From NCBI GenBank assembly GCA_004356455.1, contig SMWZ01000028.1, positions 1 to 46,277 of the forward strand: 46,277 nucleotides of DNA. Direction: 5' to 3'. Each line of letters begins with the position of its first letter. Within the stretch, counting starts at the first letter, position 1. The notes under the pieces were generated by a model that was not told where the DNA came from, searched no databases, and was given only the letters and a program-made list of their open reading frames with translations. Below are positions 19,583 through 28,955 of this stretch, in pieces. This DNA comes from Deltaproteobacteria bacterium (GTDB lineage: Bacteria > Myxococcota_A > UBA9160 > SZUA-336). Both the position numbers and the translations under genes were made by a program.

Positions 19583-20257
19583 CTAGCGTCCGGCGACGGC
19601 GGTGCCGCTCGGAGTCGTCTCTACGCGAAAGTGGTCTTGCTCATCGAAGAGCTGTATGGGCTCCCACCCGTCGACCTCAGATAGTCGAACCATTCCGCGG
19701 CTAATCACGCCGGTCGGGTCGAGCAGGAACGGGTCCATCCGTCCTGCCTCGTCGAACCAGAGCGTGACCATGTGGTGCTGCCCACTCTTCGCCTCCACCA
19801 AGATTGAGCGGTAGATCTCGCTGGTCTTGAAGCCCAGGCGGCGCAGCAGCACAAAGGTCAAGAGGTCGAGGCCGTCGCAGTCATCAGCGCCGCTCTTGAC
19901 CACCTCGCCCAGCGTTGCCCAGTGGTCGTAGTTCTCATCGGCCCGGTAGTACTTGCGACTTCGCTCCTGCACCCACTCCACCGTATCGAAGACCAGGCGC
20001 TGTCTCAGCTCGCGCGAGAACTGCTCGTACTCGCGACCCAGCTCGGAGTCGTTGGGACCGACCTCACCCTGGCGGGCGGGATCCTGCTCGTGGCGCGCCT
20101 GCCAATCCTCGATCTTGTGTGTCCAGGGGTCATCGGGAGGCGCAGGAACGAAAAGGTCGAGGGCGACCGTAGGCAACCCTTGCGTGCCCACGCAGGACAG
20201 CAAGAAAAGGCTGACGCACACGATCACGAGGCTGCGCAAGTCAATGCTCCCAACCAT
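19583..20257 (-). CDS. Transglutaminase-like cysteine peptidase (BTLCP/C93-like) lipoprotein
   Basis: Lipobox LLSC after a hydrophobic stretch from ATG 20257; DHWAT.GE...DDCDG...HHMV...LLDP gives a Cys-His-Asp triad. Confidence 0.75.
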   Translation of the reverse strand: MVGSIDLRSLVIVCVSLFLLSCVGTQGLPTVALDLFVPAPPDDPWTHKIEDWQARHEQDPARQGEVGPNDSELGREYEQFSRELRQRLVFDTVEWVQERSRKYYRADENYDHWATLGEVVKSGADDCDGLDLLTFVLLRRLGFKTSEIYRSILVEAKSGQHHMVTLWFDEAGRMDPFLLDPTGVISRGMVRLSEVDGWEPIQLFDEQDHFRVETTPSGTAVAGR

Positions 20258-20505
20258 CCCTGAATGCCGGGATGAGGCAGCCCCTCCAGGGATTTCGCAT
20301 CGGCGGGGATCAATCGCATCTTGAGAGGCAATGCGGACGAAGCGCTCGCCACAAGCGTTCGCATCCAAACGACAATGGCGACCAGACACAGCCATGCCCG
20401 CCGGCAGGCCGATGCTTGCGCCGCCAGGCCGATCCGTCCGAAAGACCGACAAACCGCCCGGAAAAGGCCCCTTCCTTCACCTTGCTGAAGGGCGCCTCTC
20501 CGGCC

Positions 20506-20535
20506 TTGACTCGCAAGACCGGTCGCCGTTAGATA
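20506..20535 (+). promoter_or_regulatory. Possible sigma70 promoter for the VOC gene
   Basis: TTGACT-18 nt-TAGATA upstream of GAGGAGG; weak -10. Confidence 0.3.
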
Positions 20536-20555
20536 CCTGCTTGAGGAGGCCCATC

Positions 20556-20933
20556 CTGATCTCCCAGCAGCTGCACCACGCATCCTTCACGGTCTGCGAC
20601 CTCGAGGCGGCACGGCGTTTCTACGGCGGCGTCCTGGGCCTGGAGGAGATCGAGCGGCCCGCGATGGGCATCGACGGGGCCTGGTACCGGGTCGGCGACT
20701 CCCAGGTCCATCTCATCGTCACCCCGGCGGGGGTCGATGTAGGCACGCGTCCGCCCCAGCTCAATCCGCTCGCCTGTCATACCGCCTTCGCCATCGACGA
20801 CTACGTGAAGGTGCGCGATGCTCTGCGGGCGAAGGGCGTCGAGGTGTTGGAGACGAACCCCAAGGTCGGGCAGATGTGGGTTCGCGATCCGGACGGGAAC
20901 ATCCTCGAGTTCATCGTCCCCCGAAGGACCTGA
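20556..20933 (+). CDS. VOC/glyoxalase family protein
   Basis: LHHASF.V.DLEAARRFYGGVLGL, QVHL, HTAF, DPDGNILE. Start uncertain: CTG 20556 follows GAGGAGG; TTG 20541 is the alternative. Confidence 0.88.
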   Translation: MISQQLHHASFTVCDLEAARRFYGGVLGLEEIERPAMGIDGAWYRVGDSQVHLIVTPAGVDVGTRPPQLNPLACHTAFAIDDYVKVRDALRAKGVEVLETNPKVGQMWVRDPDGNILEFIVPRRT

Positions 20934-21006
20934 GCGCGCCACGCCATCCGATTGTGCGTGTGCATCGGGGTCGATAGGATCTCCGCTGCGCTCCAGGAGG
21001 CAACGG

Positions 21007-24000
21007 ATGAGCGAAGCGAAGCCGCGCAAGCCCTATCCCGACGTGGACCCGCAGCCGGCCTTTCCGGAGATCGAGCGTGAGGTGCTCGACTTCTGGAGGC
21101 GAGAGAAGATCTTCCGCAGCTCGGTTGAGAAGCGGCCAGCCGGAGAGAACGGCGCGAACGAGTACGTCTTCTACGACGGTCCGCCATTCGCAAACGGACT
21201 CCCTCACTATGGGCACCTGCTCACCGGTTACATCAAAGACATCGTCCCGCGCTATCAGACGATGCGCGGCCACCGAGTGGAGCGGCGCTTCGGCTGGGAT
21301 TGCCATGGCCTGCCGGCCGAGCTGGAGGCGGAGAAGGAGCTCGGGATTTCGGGGCGCTCCAAGATCATCGAGTACGGCATTGAGGCTTTCAACGCTCAGT
21401 GCCGGCGTTCCGTCCTGCGTTACACGGAAGCATGGCAAGAGTACGTGACCCGCCAGGCGCGTTGGGTCGACTTCCAGAACGACTACAAGACCATGGACCT
21501 CTCCTACATGGAGAGCGTGCTGTGGGCATTCAAGCAGCTATGGGACAAGGGGCTCGTCTACGAGGGGTACAAAGTCATGCCCTACTCCTGGGCTGCGGAG
21601 ACTCCACTCTCCAACTTCGAGACGCGCCTCGACAACTCCTATCGCGAGCGGCAGGACCCTGCCATCACGCTGCGATTCGAGCTCGAGCGCGCCTCCGGGG
21701 AGGAACTGCCGACCGACGCGCTCGTCTGGACCACGACCCCATGGACGCTCGTGTCGAACCTGGCCCTGGCCGTAGGGCCCGAAATCGAGTACGCGCTTTT
21801 CGAGCTGGACGGGCGGCGCTTGATTCTGGGCGAGGCGACGGCCACCAAGTACGAGTCCCTGCTGACGGCTGCTCGACGGGTGGGCAGCCTGCGAGGCGAA
21901 GCGCTCGTGGGGCGCCGCTACCGGCCGCTCTTTCCTTTCTTCGAGGACGCGCGCAACAGCTTCCGTGTGTTGGCCGCCGGCTTCGTGGACACCGAGGAGG
22001 GAACCGGCATCGTCCACCTGGCGCCCGGCTTCGGGGAGGACGACATGGAGGTCTGCCAGGCGGCCGGACTGCCCGTGGTCTGCCCCGTGGATGAGTCGGG
22101 TCGCTTCACGGCGGAGGTTGCGGCTTACGAGGGCCAGCACGTCTTCGACACCAACGCAGCGATCATCCGCGAGCTCAAGCAGCGCGGCCTGCTCTTCAAG
22201 CACGAGACGTACGTGCACAACTACCCGCACTGCTGGCGCACGGATACGCCGCTGATTTACAAAGCGATGAGCTGCTGGTTCCTGCGCGTGAGCGGGATCC
22301 GAGATCGGATGGTGGAGCTGAACCAGCAGATCCGCTGGATCCCCGAACATATTCGGGACGGCCTATTCGGAAATTGGCTCGAGGGCGCGCGCGACTGGTG
22401 CATCAGCCGCAACCGGTTCTGGGGCTCTCCCCTCCCCGTCTGGAAGAGCGACGACCCCAAGTACTCGCGAATCGACGTCTACGGCAGCCTGGACGAGCTG
22501 GAGCGCGACTTCGGCGTGCGGCTCCGGGATCTGCACAGACCTGGAATCGACGAGCTCGTGCGCCCCAACCCGGACGATCCCAGCGGCCAGAGTCGAATGC
22601 GGCGTGTGCCGGACGTGCTCGATTGCTGGTTCGAGTCTGGGTCGATGCCCTTCGCTCAGGTGCACTACCCGTTCGAGAACCGCGAGTGGTTCGAGAAGCA
22701 CTTTCCAGCCGACTTCATTACCGAGTACCTCGCCCAGACGCGCGGCTGGTTCTACACGCTGACAGTGCTGGGGACGGCGCTCTTCGATCGGCCGCCGTTC
22801 CGGACCTGTATCTGCCACGGCGTCGTCCTCGACGAGAACGGCCAGAAGCTAAGCAAGCGTCTCAGCAACTACCCGAGCCCCGACGAGATCTTCTCCAGCT
22901 ACGGCGCCGACGCGCTGCGCTGGTTTCTCGTCTCGTCGCCGATCCTCAGGGGCAACGATCTACAGATCGATCGCGAGGGGCACGCGATCCGCGATGTGGT
23001 GCGGCTGGTAATAAAACCGATCTGGAACGCCTACTACTTCTTCTGTCTGTACGCGAACTCGGAGGGAATCGAGGCGAAGCCGCGCACGGACGCCCAGCCG
23101 GTTCTGGACCGCTACATCCTGGCCAAGACGCGCACCCTCGTAAGCGACGTGACCGAGCTCATGGATGCGTACGATCTCCCCGCAGCCTGCGCGCGTATCA
23201 CCGCCTTCATCGATGCGTTGAATAACTGGTACATCCGACGCAGCCGCGACCGCTTCTGGAAACACGAAGAGGATCAAGACCAGCGGGATGCCTACGACAC
23301 GCTGTACAGCGTGCTGGTCACGCTCCTGCGCGTGGTAAGCCCGCTGCTGCCTCTGCTCAGCGAAAAGATCTACCGCGGCCTCACGGGGGAAAAGAGCGTA
23401 CACCTCACGAACTGGCCGAGCGCAGAGCCCCTGCCCGCGGACCCCGAGCTGGTGGCCAGAATGGATCGTGTGCGGGATGTCTGCTCGAGCGGGCTGGGCC
23501 TGCGCCGCTCGGAGAAGATCCGCGTTCGCCAGCCCCTGCGGAGCCTGACCGTGGCGGGTGCAGGCGTCGAAGACCTGCGCCCCTTTCTGGGCTTGATCCA
23601 GGACGAAGTGAACGTGAAGGAGGTCGAGCTCACGTCAGAGATTGAGCGCTACGCCACGTTCCGGCTGCAGGTGAACGCACGCGTTTTGGGTAAGCGTCTC
23701 GGATCGAAGATGCAGCAGGTGATCCGAGCTGCCAAACAAGGTCTGTGGCAAAAGGGCCCCGGCGGTATCGAGGTCGCGGGAGAGGTCCTTGGAGCAGGGG
23801 ATTTCGAGCTTTTGCTACAAGCGAAGGAGGGGGTGTCGTGTCAGGCCCTGTCCAGCAACGACGCTGTCGTGATTCTCGACCTCGAGCTGAACGAGGAGCT
23901 CGAGCAGGAGGGACGGGCCAGAGATTTGGTGCGCGTCGTCCAGCAGGCGCGTAAGGAGGCCGACCTCCACGTCTCGGATCGGATCCATCTCGTGCTCAAG

Positions 24001-24171
24001 CTCCCACCCGAGTGGGCGGAGGCCGCCGAGCGTTTCCGGGACTACGTCGCAGAGCAGACCCTGGCCCGCAGACTGGAGCTCGGCAGCGCCGCGCCTCCCG
24101 ACGGGTTCTCCCTGCACGAGGCCAAGCTCGGAGGGACGTCGATCCAGATCGGCCTCTCCAAGCTGAACTAG
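21007..24171 (+). CDS. ileS: Isoleucine-tRNA ligase, type 2
   Basis: FYDGPPFANGLPHYGH, GWDCHGLP, WTTTPWT, GTGIVHLAPGFGEDD, DWCISRNRFWG, KLSKR; no C-terminal Zn finger. Start ATG 21007. Confidence 0.97.
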   Translation: MSEAKPRKPYPDVDPQPAFPEIEREVLDFWRREKIFRSSVEKRPAGENGANEYVFYDGPPFANGLPHYGHLLTGYIKDIVPRYQTMRGHRVERRFGWDCHGLPAELEAEKELGISGRSKIIEYGIEAFNAQCRRSVLRYTEAWQEYVTRQARWVDFQNDYKTMDLSYMESVLWAFKQLWDKGLVYEGYKVMPYSWAAETPLSNFETRLDNSYRERQDPAITLRFELERASGEELPTDALVWTTTPWTLVSNLALAVGPEIEYALFELDGRRLILGEATATKYESLLTAARRVGSLRGEALVGRRYRPLFPFFEDARNSFRVLAAGFVDTEEGTGIVHLAPGFGEDDMEVCQAAGLPVVCPVDESGRFTAEVAAYEGQHVFDTNAAIIRELKQRGLLFKHETYVHNYPHCWRTDTPLIYKAMSCWFLRVSGIRDRMVELNQQIRWIPEHIRDGLFGNWLEGARDWCISRNRFWGSPLPVWKSDDPKYSRIDVYGSLDELERDFGVRLRDLHRPGIDELVRPNPDDPSGQSRMRRVPDVLDCWFESGSMPFAQVHYPFENREWFEKHFPADFITEYLAQTRGWFYTLTVLGTALFDRPPFRTCICHGVVLDENGQKLSKRLSNYPSPDEIFSSYGADALRWFLVSSPILRGNDLQIDREGHAIRDVVRLVIKPIWNAYYFFCLYANSEGIEAKPRTDAQPVLDRYILAKTRTLVSDVTELMDAYDLPAACARITAFIDALNNWYIRRSRDRFWKHEEDQDQRDAYDTLYSVLVTLLRVVSPLLPLLSEKIYRGLTGEKSVHLTNWPSAEPLPADPELVARMDRVRDVCSSGLGLRRSEKIRVRQPLRSLTVAGAGVEDLRPFLGLIQDEVNVKEVELTSEIERYATFRLQVNARVLGKRLGSKMQQVIRAAKQGLWQKGPGGIEVAGEVLGAGDFELLLQAKEGVSCQALSSNDAVVILDLELNEELEQEGRARDLVRVVQQARKEADLHVSDRIHLVLKLPPEWAEAAERFRDYVAEQTLARRLELGSAAPPDGFSLHEAKLGGTSIQIGLSKLN

Positions 24172-24203
24172 CCCGCTTCAGAAGAAATCGCGACGCTTGC
24201 TCG

Positions 24204-24549
24204 ATGACTGAGAGCCGTTCTGACGACCGACGGACCTCCATCGGCTTGCGGGCTTGCTCGTGCTGGCGCTCGTCGGCTGCCAGGGCCCCGTGGGGAAACA
24301 GCTGGCGCCCCGGCTGCCCGGCGCGCGCACGGCCGTGGAAGTCACCAGCGTCAAGGCTCGCGGAGCCTATCTGGATGCGATCCTTCTCGCAGAGACCTTC
24401 CAGCTGCGCTTCTTCTTCCCCGCCAACAAGGTGAGTGAGCGCGTCCTGCGCACCGTAGGCATGGCCGAGGACCCAAGGTGAACGAGCTGGTAAGTGACGC
24501 GGGCCGCTGCCCCGTCACCGGCTTCGTCCTGCCCCTGCGTGAACCCTGA
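24204..24549 (+). pseudogene. Degraded lipoprotein gene in three reading frames
   Basis: ATG 24204 in one frame; LAGLLVLALVGC lipobox...LRFFFPA in a second; ...HGRGPKVNELVSDAGRCPVTGFVLPLREP* in a third. Each piece looks coding, but they are not contiguous. Confidence 0.5.
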
Positions 24550-24556
24550 GCTAGCC

Positions 24557-25177
24557 CTAGTCCGAGCGCAGCTCGGACTCGATCACATCGCTCACCCGGC
24601 CCACGAGCACATTCAAGGCGCGGCCGATAGCGCGCGAGACCGAGACTGGATCGTCACCGGGGATGGGCTCCACCGTGGTGAAGGTGCGCTCCAGGCGAGC
24701 GATCCCCTTGCGATCGAAGAGCAGAACGCGCAGCTCGAGACGCGCCTGGTGCCGAGGTGTGAGCACCTCCTCGAAGGCCAAAAGCTCCACCTCGAGCAGG
24801 GGCGCCCGACCGGCCGTCGCGCGCCGCAGTCCGCGCACCTCGAAGAGCTGGCGCGAGAGCCGCTGCTCGACGTAGTGGGCCGGCAGCTCGGTCCAGCGTC
24901 GGGTGTCGTAGAAGCCGAACTCCACGTCCGAGGTGCGCCAGACGATGCGTTCCTTCAGATGTGCCGCGGAAGTCACCCGGTGCAGCCGCAGTGCGGGCGC
25001 GGTTGATCCTGCCCCAGGCGCCCCGTCCAGGGCGGATTCCACGCGCGCCGGCGGCTCGGGCCGGAAGTAACGGGGGGCCTCGGGACGACCGCCCAGCAGA
25101 CACGCACAGAGCAGACCCATTGCGCCCAGGACCACAGCCAGGCGTATCTGAATGCCTGCTTCACCGAACGCGCTCAT
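24557..25177 (-). CDS. ABC-type transport auxiliary lipoprotein (PqiC-like)
   Basis: Signal/lipobox (LLCAC); LRLHRVTSAAHL..RIVWR, RWTELPA; last gene of the mlaEFD operon. Confidence 0.82.
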   Translation of the reverse strand: MSAFGEAGIQIRLAVVLGAMGLLCACLLGGRPEAPRYFRPEPPARVESALDGAPGAGSTAPALRLHRVTSAAHLKERIVWRTSDVEFGFYDTRRWTELPAHYVEQRLSRQLFEVRGLRRATAGRAPLLEVELLAFEEVLTPRHQARLELRVLLFDRKGIARLERTFTTVEPIPGDDPVSVSRAIGRALNVLVGRVSDVIESELRSD

Positions 25178-26097
25178 GGCCTCCCCCGTGGACCCAGATC
25201 GCTGCTGCGCCCCCGGAGCACGGCGCTCGGGTCGCGCTCGAGCGTATCGGCCAGCGCGCGAACCGACTGCAGTGCCTCACGCAGCGGAACCAGCTCGCCT
25301 CGCAGCTCGCCGCTGAGTCCGGTGGCCTCATCGGCAGCCTCGGCCACGGAGTCCGCAGCCTGCCGGATGGACGCCATGGTCCTGCCCACGTCGGCCATCT
25401 GAATCGCGGAGTCGAGGCTCGAGGCCGCCCGCTCGAGGCTCGTGGCGGCCGCCTCGAGCCGCGCCACCAGCAGCGCCATACCCTCACCGCCCTCTTTGGG
25501 CTCGATGAACAAGCGCACGGCCCTGAACGTCTCCGACGCCTCCGCCAGCGCGATCGACGCGTCCAGCTCGATCTCCGGGAAGCGGTTGAGGACCTCCATT
25601 ACGGCGTCGCCTGCGCTCTTGAGTGTTGACGGCGTGGAAGGGAAATAATTCCAGGGCGGCTTAAAGGACAGCTCCTGTGACTCCAGTTCTTCGGGGTCGA
25701 AGACATTGACCTGCAGAAACATGAGACCGGTAATGCCGAGCGGGACGAGCTGGATGCGCATGTCCAGGGGCACGATCCCGCCTCCGGACTCGGGGGGGGC
25801 CCCCTCCCGCACGCCCAGCCGAGCCAGCGCCTTGAGATCCACGTCGCTGACCACCTCCACGTGGCGCCGGTCCGGTGCGATGCCGATGTAGGCCACGCGG
25901 CCGATCCGGACGCCGCGGAACTTGACGGGGGAGCCGACGTCCAGCCCCTGGACGGACTCATCAAAGTAGGACACGACCTGGGTCTTGTTGCGGCTGAGCC
26001 CGACCGTCCCGAGCCAGACGAGGGTCACAAAGCCGAGAATCGAGGTCAGAACCACGAAGAGCCCGAGCTTCCAGCGCTGGCTAGGGTTCAGGGCCAC
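25174..26097 (-). CDS. mlaD: MCE/MlaD family protein
   Basis: N-terminal TM helix (KLGLFVV); YFDESVQGLDVGSPVKFRGVRIG MCE signature; helical C-terminus. Start chosen at GTG 26097. Confidence 0.92.
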   Translation of the reverse strand: MALNPSQRWKLGLFVVLTSILGFVTLVWLGTVGLSRNKTQVVSYFDESVQGLDVGSPVKFRGVRIGRVAYIGIAPDRRHVEVVSDVDLKALARLGVREGAPPESGGGIVPLDMRIQLVPLGITGLMFLQVNVFDPEELESQELSFKPPWNYFPSTPSTLKSAGDAVMEVLNRFPEIELDASIALAEASETFRAVRLFIEPKEGGEGMALLVARLEAAATSLERAASSLDSAIQMADVGRTMASIRQAADSVAEAADEATGLSGELRGELVPLREALQSVRALADTLERDPSAVLRGRSSDLGPRGRP

Positions 26098-26101
26098 TTC
26101 G

Positions 26102-26830
26102 TTATGCTCCCGGGGAGGTACGGTTGAAAAAGTGCAAGACCCGCTGATCGCTGGCGTGCTCGCGCAGCTCACGCGGATCTCCCTGGGCGATGATACCCTT
26201 CGCTTCTCGATCCAGCATGATGCAGCTCCTGGTGATCTTGAAAATGCTCTCGAGCTCGTGCGTCACGATCACCATCGTCATGCCAAGGCTGGAATTCAGC
26301 GTCAAGATGAGCTCATCCAGCTCCACTGCGGTCACCGGGTCGAGCCCCGCGGACGGCTCGTCCAGGAAGAGCAACGGGGATTCGAGGGCCAACGCCCGAG
26401 CGATGCCCGCACGCTTCTTCATGCCGCCCGAGAGCTCCGCCGGCAGGTAGGCCTCGAAGCCTTCCAACCCGACCAGACGCAGCTTGCTGCGCGCGATCGC
26501 GTCTGTTGCCGCGTCGTCCAGATCGGTCCATTTCTCGAGCGGTAGGCGCACGTTGTCCAGCACGCTCAGCGAACTGAAGAGCGCCCCCGATTGGAACAAC
26601 ACGCCGTAGGACGGAGGCTCACCATTGAGGCCCGGGCGGGTCGCGCCTTCAATCCGAACGCTGCCGCGCAGGGGTTGAAGCAGCCCGACCAGACACTTGA
26701 GCAGGGTCGTCTTCCCACTTCCCGAGCCGCCCAGGATCACGAAGACCTCGCCGCGCTGCACGCTAAAGTTCAGGTTCTCGAGGATGACCGTCTCACCGAA
26801 ACCCAGTGCCAGATTCTCGACGTCGATCAT
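26102..26830 (-). CDS. mlaF: MlaF-type ABC transporter ATP-binding protein
   Basis: GGSGSGKT, LFQSGALF, ELSGGMKKRAGIARA, FLDEPSAGLDP. Confidence 0.94.
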   Translation of the reverse strand: MIDVENLALGFGETVILENLNFSVQRGEVFVILGGSGSGKTTLLKCLVGLLQPLRGSVRIEGATRPGLNGEPPSYGVLFQSGALFSSLSVLDNVRLPLEKWTDLDDAATDAIARSKLRLVGLEGFEAYLPAELSGGMKKRAGIARALALESPLLFLDEPSAGLDPVTAVELDELILTLNSSLGMTMVIVTHELESIFKITRSCIMLDREAKGIIAQGDPRELREHASDQRVLHFFNRTSPGA

Positions 26831-26831
26831 G

Positions 26832-27971
26832 TCAGAAGTCGAACACGTGGCCGAGGATTGTAAAGCCGGCGTCCACCAGGATCAGCACGAACAGGGTGGT
26901 AACGACCGCCGACGTGGTCGCGCGGCCGACGCCCGCTGCACCGCCCTGTGTGGCCAGACCGCGCTGGCAGGCGATCAGCGCGATCGCGGCCCCGAAGAAC
27001 ACGCTCTTGACCAAACCGCCCGCAACATGGTGGCCGCTTCCCAGATCCACCAGCGCGAAGTGGGCCTCGTTCAAGTAAGCAGCCACCGTCAGGTCCATCG
27101 CGAAGACGGCCACCACCAGACCTCCCAGCGCGCCCACCACATCGGCGACCAGCGTGAGCATGGGCACCATGACCACGAGCGCGATCAGGCGCGGCAGCAC
27201 CAGAAAGCGATAGGCATCGAGTCGCAACGTCTCGAGGGCGTCGATCTCCTCCGAAACCTTCATCGTGCCCAGCTCCGCGGCATAGGCTGCGCCCGAGCGA
27301 CCCGCGACAACGATTGCGGTCATCAGCGGAGCGAGCTCGCGCACGACCGAAAGCACGACCAGGTCCGCAATGAGAATGTCCGCGCCCACCTGCTCGAGCT
27401 GGACCGCGGCCTGAAAGCCGACCACGAGCCCTACCAGGAAGTTGATGAGGATGATGATCGGGAGACCATCCACCCCGGCCCGCACCATCAAGTCGCCGAG
27501 GTCTCGCCAGTGAACCGACCTCGGCGCGCGCAGCGCGCTGATCGCGTAAGCCAGTACGTCACCTATGAACGCCATCATCGCGCGCAGATCCTCCAGCCAC
27601 TCCAGCGTCAGGCGGCCTACGCGGTCGAAGAAGCCGGCGTCCTCCGGGTGCGGAGGGGCGAGGCGAGCGGGATGAGCCCGATACAGATCCAGCATCGCAC
27701 GCACCCTCCCCTGCGCGCCCACGATCTCGGCCTGCGTGCCTCGCTCCGAGAGCTCGGACTGCAGCTTCAGCAGGAGCGCCGTGCTCCCTCCGTCGAGACC
27801 TTCGACAGCCGATAGGTCGAAGCGCACCGAGCGTGCGGGGCGCTCGAGGAGTTCGCGTACGTCCCGCCAGAGCCGTGACGTGTCTCGGAAGTTCAGCTCA
27901 CCCGAGAAGCGCAGCTCAGCGCGATCGGCCTCGGGATCCACGCGGTTGACTTCGAACGTTCGGTCCGTCAC
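26832..27971 (-). CDS. mlaE: MlaE permease with N-terminal STAS domain
   Basis: STAS (FDLSAVEGLDGG); VRELAPLMTAIVVAGRSGAAYAAELGTMKVSEEIDAL; VGRATTSAVV. Confidence 0.94.
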   Translation of the reverse strand: MTDRTFEVNRVDPEADRAELRFSGELNFRDTSRLWRDVRELLERPARSVRFDLSAVEGLDGGSTALLLKLQSELSERGTQAEIVGAQGRVRAMLDLYRAHPARLAPPHPEDAGFFDRVGRLTLEWLEDLRAMMAFIGDVLAYAISALRAPRSVHWRDLGDLMVRAGVDGLPIIILINFLVGLVVGFQAAVQLEQVGADILIADLVVLSVVRELAPLMTAIVVAGRSGAAYAAELGTMKVSEEIDALETLRLDAYRFLVLPRLIALVVMVPMLTLVADVVGALGGLVVAVFAMDLTVAAYLNEAHFALVDLGSGHHVAGGLVKSVFFGAAIALIACQRGLATQGGAAGVGRATTSAVVTTLFVLILVDAGFTILGHVFDF

Positions 27972-28136
27972 GGCGGTGTGATGCGCTCCCTGGCTGGGAA
28001 TACGTCAGGATAGCGAAGCAACCGGAGAGGTGAAGTTTCGCAACGAACCCGATAGGATGCAGCCAGAGCACAGGGCCAAGCGAAGAACAGAGACAATAGA
28101 GACATTACACAGACAAGACTGAACAGGAAGGGATTC

Positions 28137-28952
28137 ATGTCGCAGCGCATCTCCGTCTCTTTCGAGGAGGGCGTGGCCGATGTGCGTCTCAGCCGGCCCG
28201 AGAAGCTGAACGCACTCGATCAGGCCATGTTCGAGGGTCTGCTCCAGACGGGCACCGAGCTGGCATCCAACCGCGCGTTGCGCGCGGTCGTTCTTTCCGG
28301 GGAAGGGCGCGCGTTCTGTGCGGGTCTCGACTTCTCGGGCTTCGCCGGCATGGCGAGCAAGGAGCGCGGGCCGGAGGAGATCGGCAGCAGGCTGTTGCGC
28401 CGAGGCCCCAACAGTCCTGCTAACTGGGCCCAACGGGCGGCTTACGTCTGGACGGAGCTGCCCGTTCCCGTGATCGCAGCCGTGCACGGTGTGGCGTTTG
28501 GCGGCGGCTTCCAGATCGCGATGGGGACCGACATCCGCTACGTCGCGCCCGACGCGCAGCTCTCGGTGATGGAGATCAAGTGGGGTTTGATCCCGGACAT
28601 GACTGGCTCCCAGACCTTACGGCGGCTCGTGCGGTTGGACGTGGCCAAGGAGCTCACATTCACGGGCCGAATCGTGTCGGGCCGCGAGGCCCTGGAGCTC
28701 GGCCTGGCGACTTACGTGAGCGAGACGCCCAGGGAGGACGCGCTGGCACTCGCCCGCGAGATCGCGAGCCGGTCGCCCGACGCAATTCGTGCGGGGAAGC
28801 GGCTGCTCAACGCATCGGGCCTGCTGAGTCTGGAGGAAGGCCTGCTGCTGGAGGAGAAGCTGCAGACTGGCCTGATCGGCACGCCCAACCAGATGGAGGC
28901 GGTCCGGGCCACCATCGAGAAGCGCGAGCCGAACTTCAAAGACCCGGAATAG
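28137..28952 (+). CDS. Crotonase/enoyl-CoA hydratase family protein
   Basis: RPEKLNAL, GRAFCAGLD, AFGGGFQ, MEIKWGLIPDM. Confidence 0.92.
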   Translation: MSQRISVSFEEGVADVRLSRPEKLNALDQAMFEGLLQTGTELASNRALRAVVLSGEGRAFCAGLDFSGFAGMASKERGPEEIGSRLLRRGPNSPANWAQRAAYVWTELPVPVIAAVHGVAFGGGFQIAMGTDIRYVAPDAQLSVMEIKWGLIPDMTGSQTLRRLVRLDVAKELTFTGRIVSGREALELGLATYVSETPREDALALAREIASRSPDAIRAGKRLLNASGLLSLEEGLLLEEKLQTGLIGTPNQMEAVRATIEKREPNFKDPE

Positions 28953-28955
28953 GGT

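Noticed and set aside
20430-20480. c-di-GMP-I riboswitch (GAAA loop, GACAAACC)
   Set aside because: The downstream stem and GCAAAG elements of the consensus are missing.
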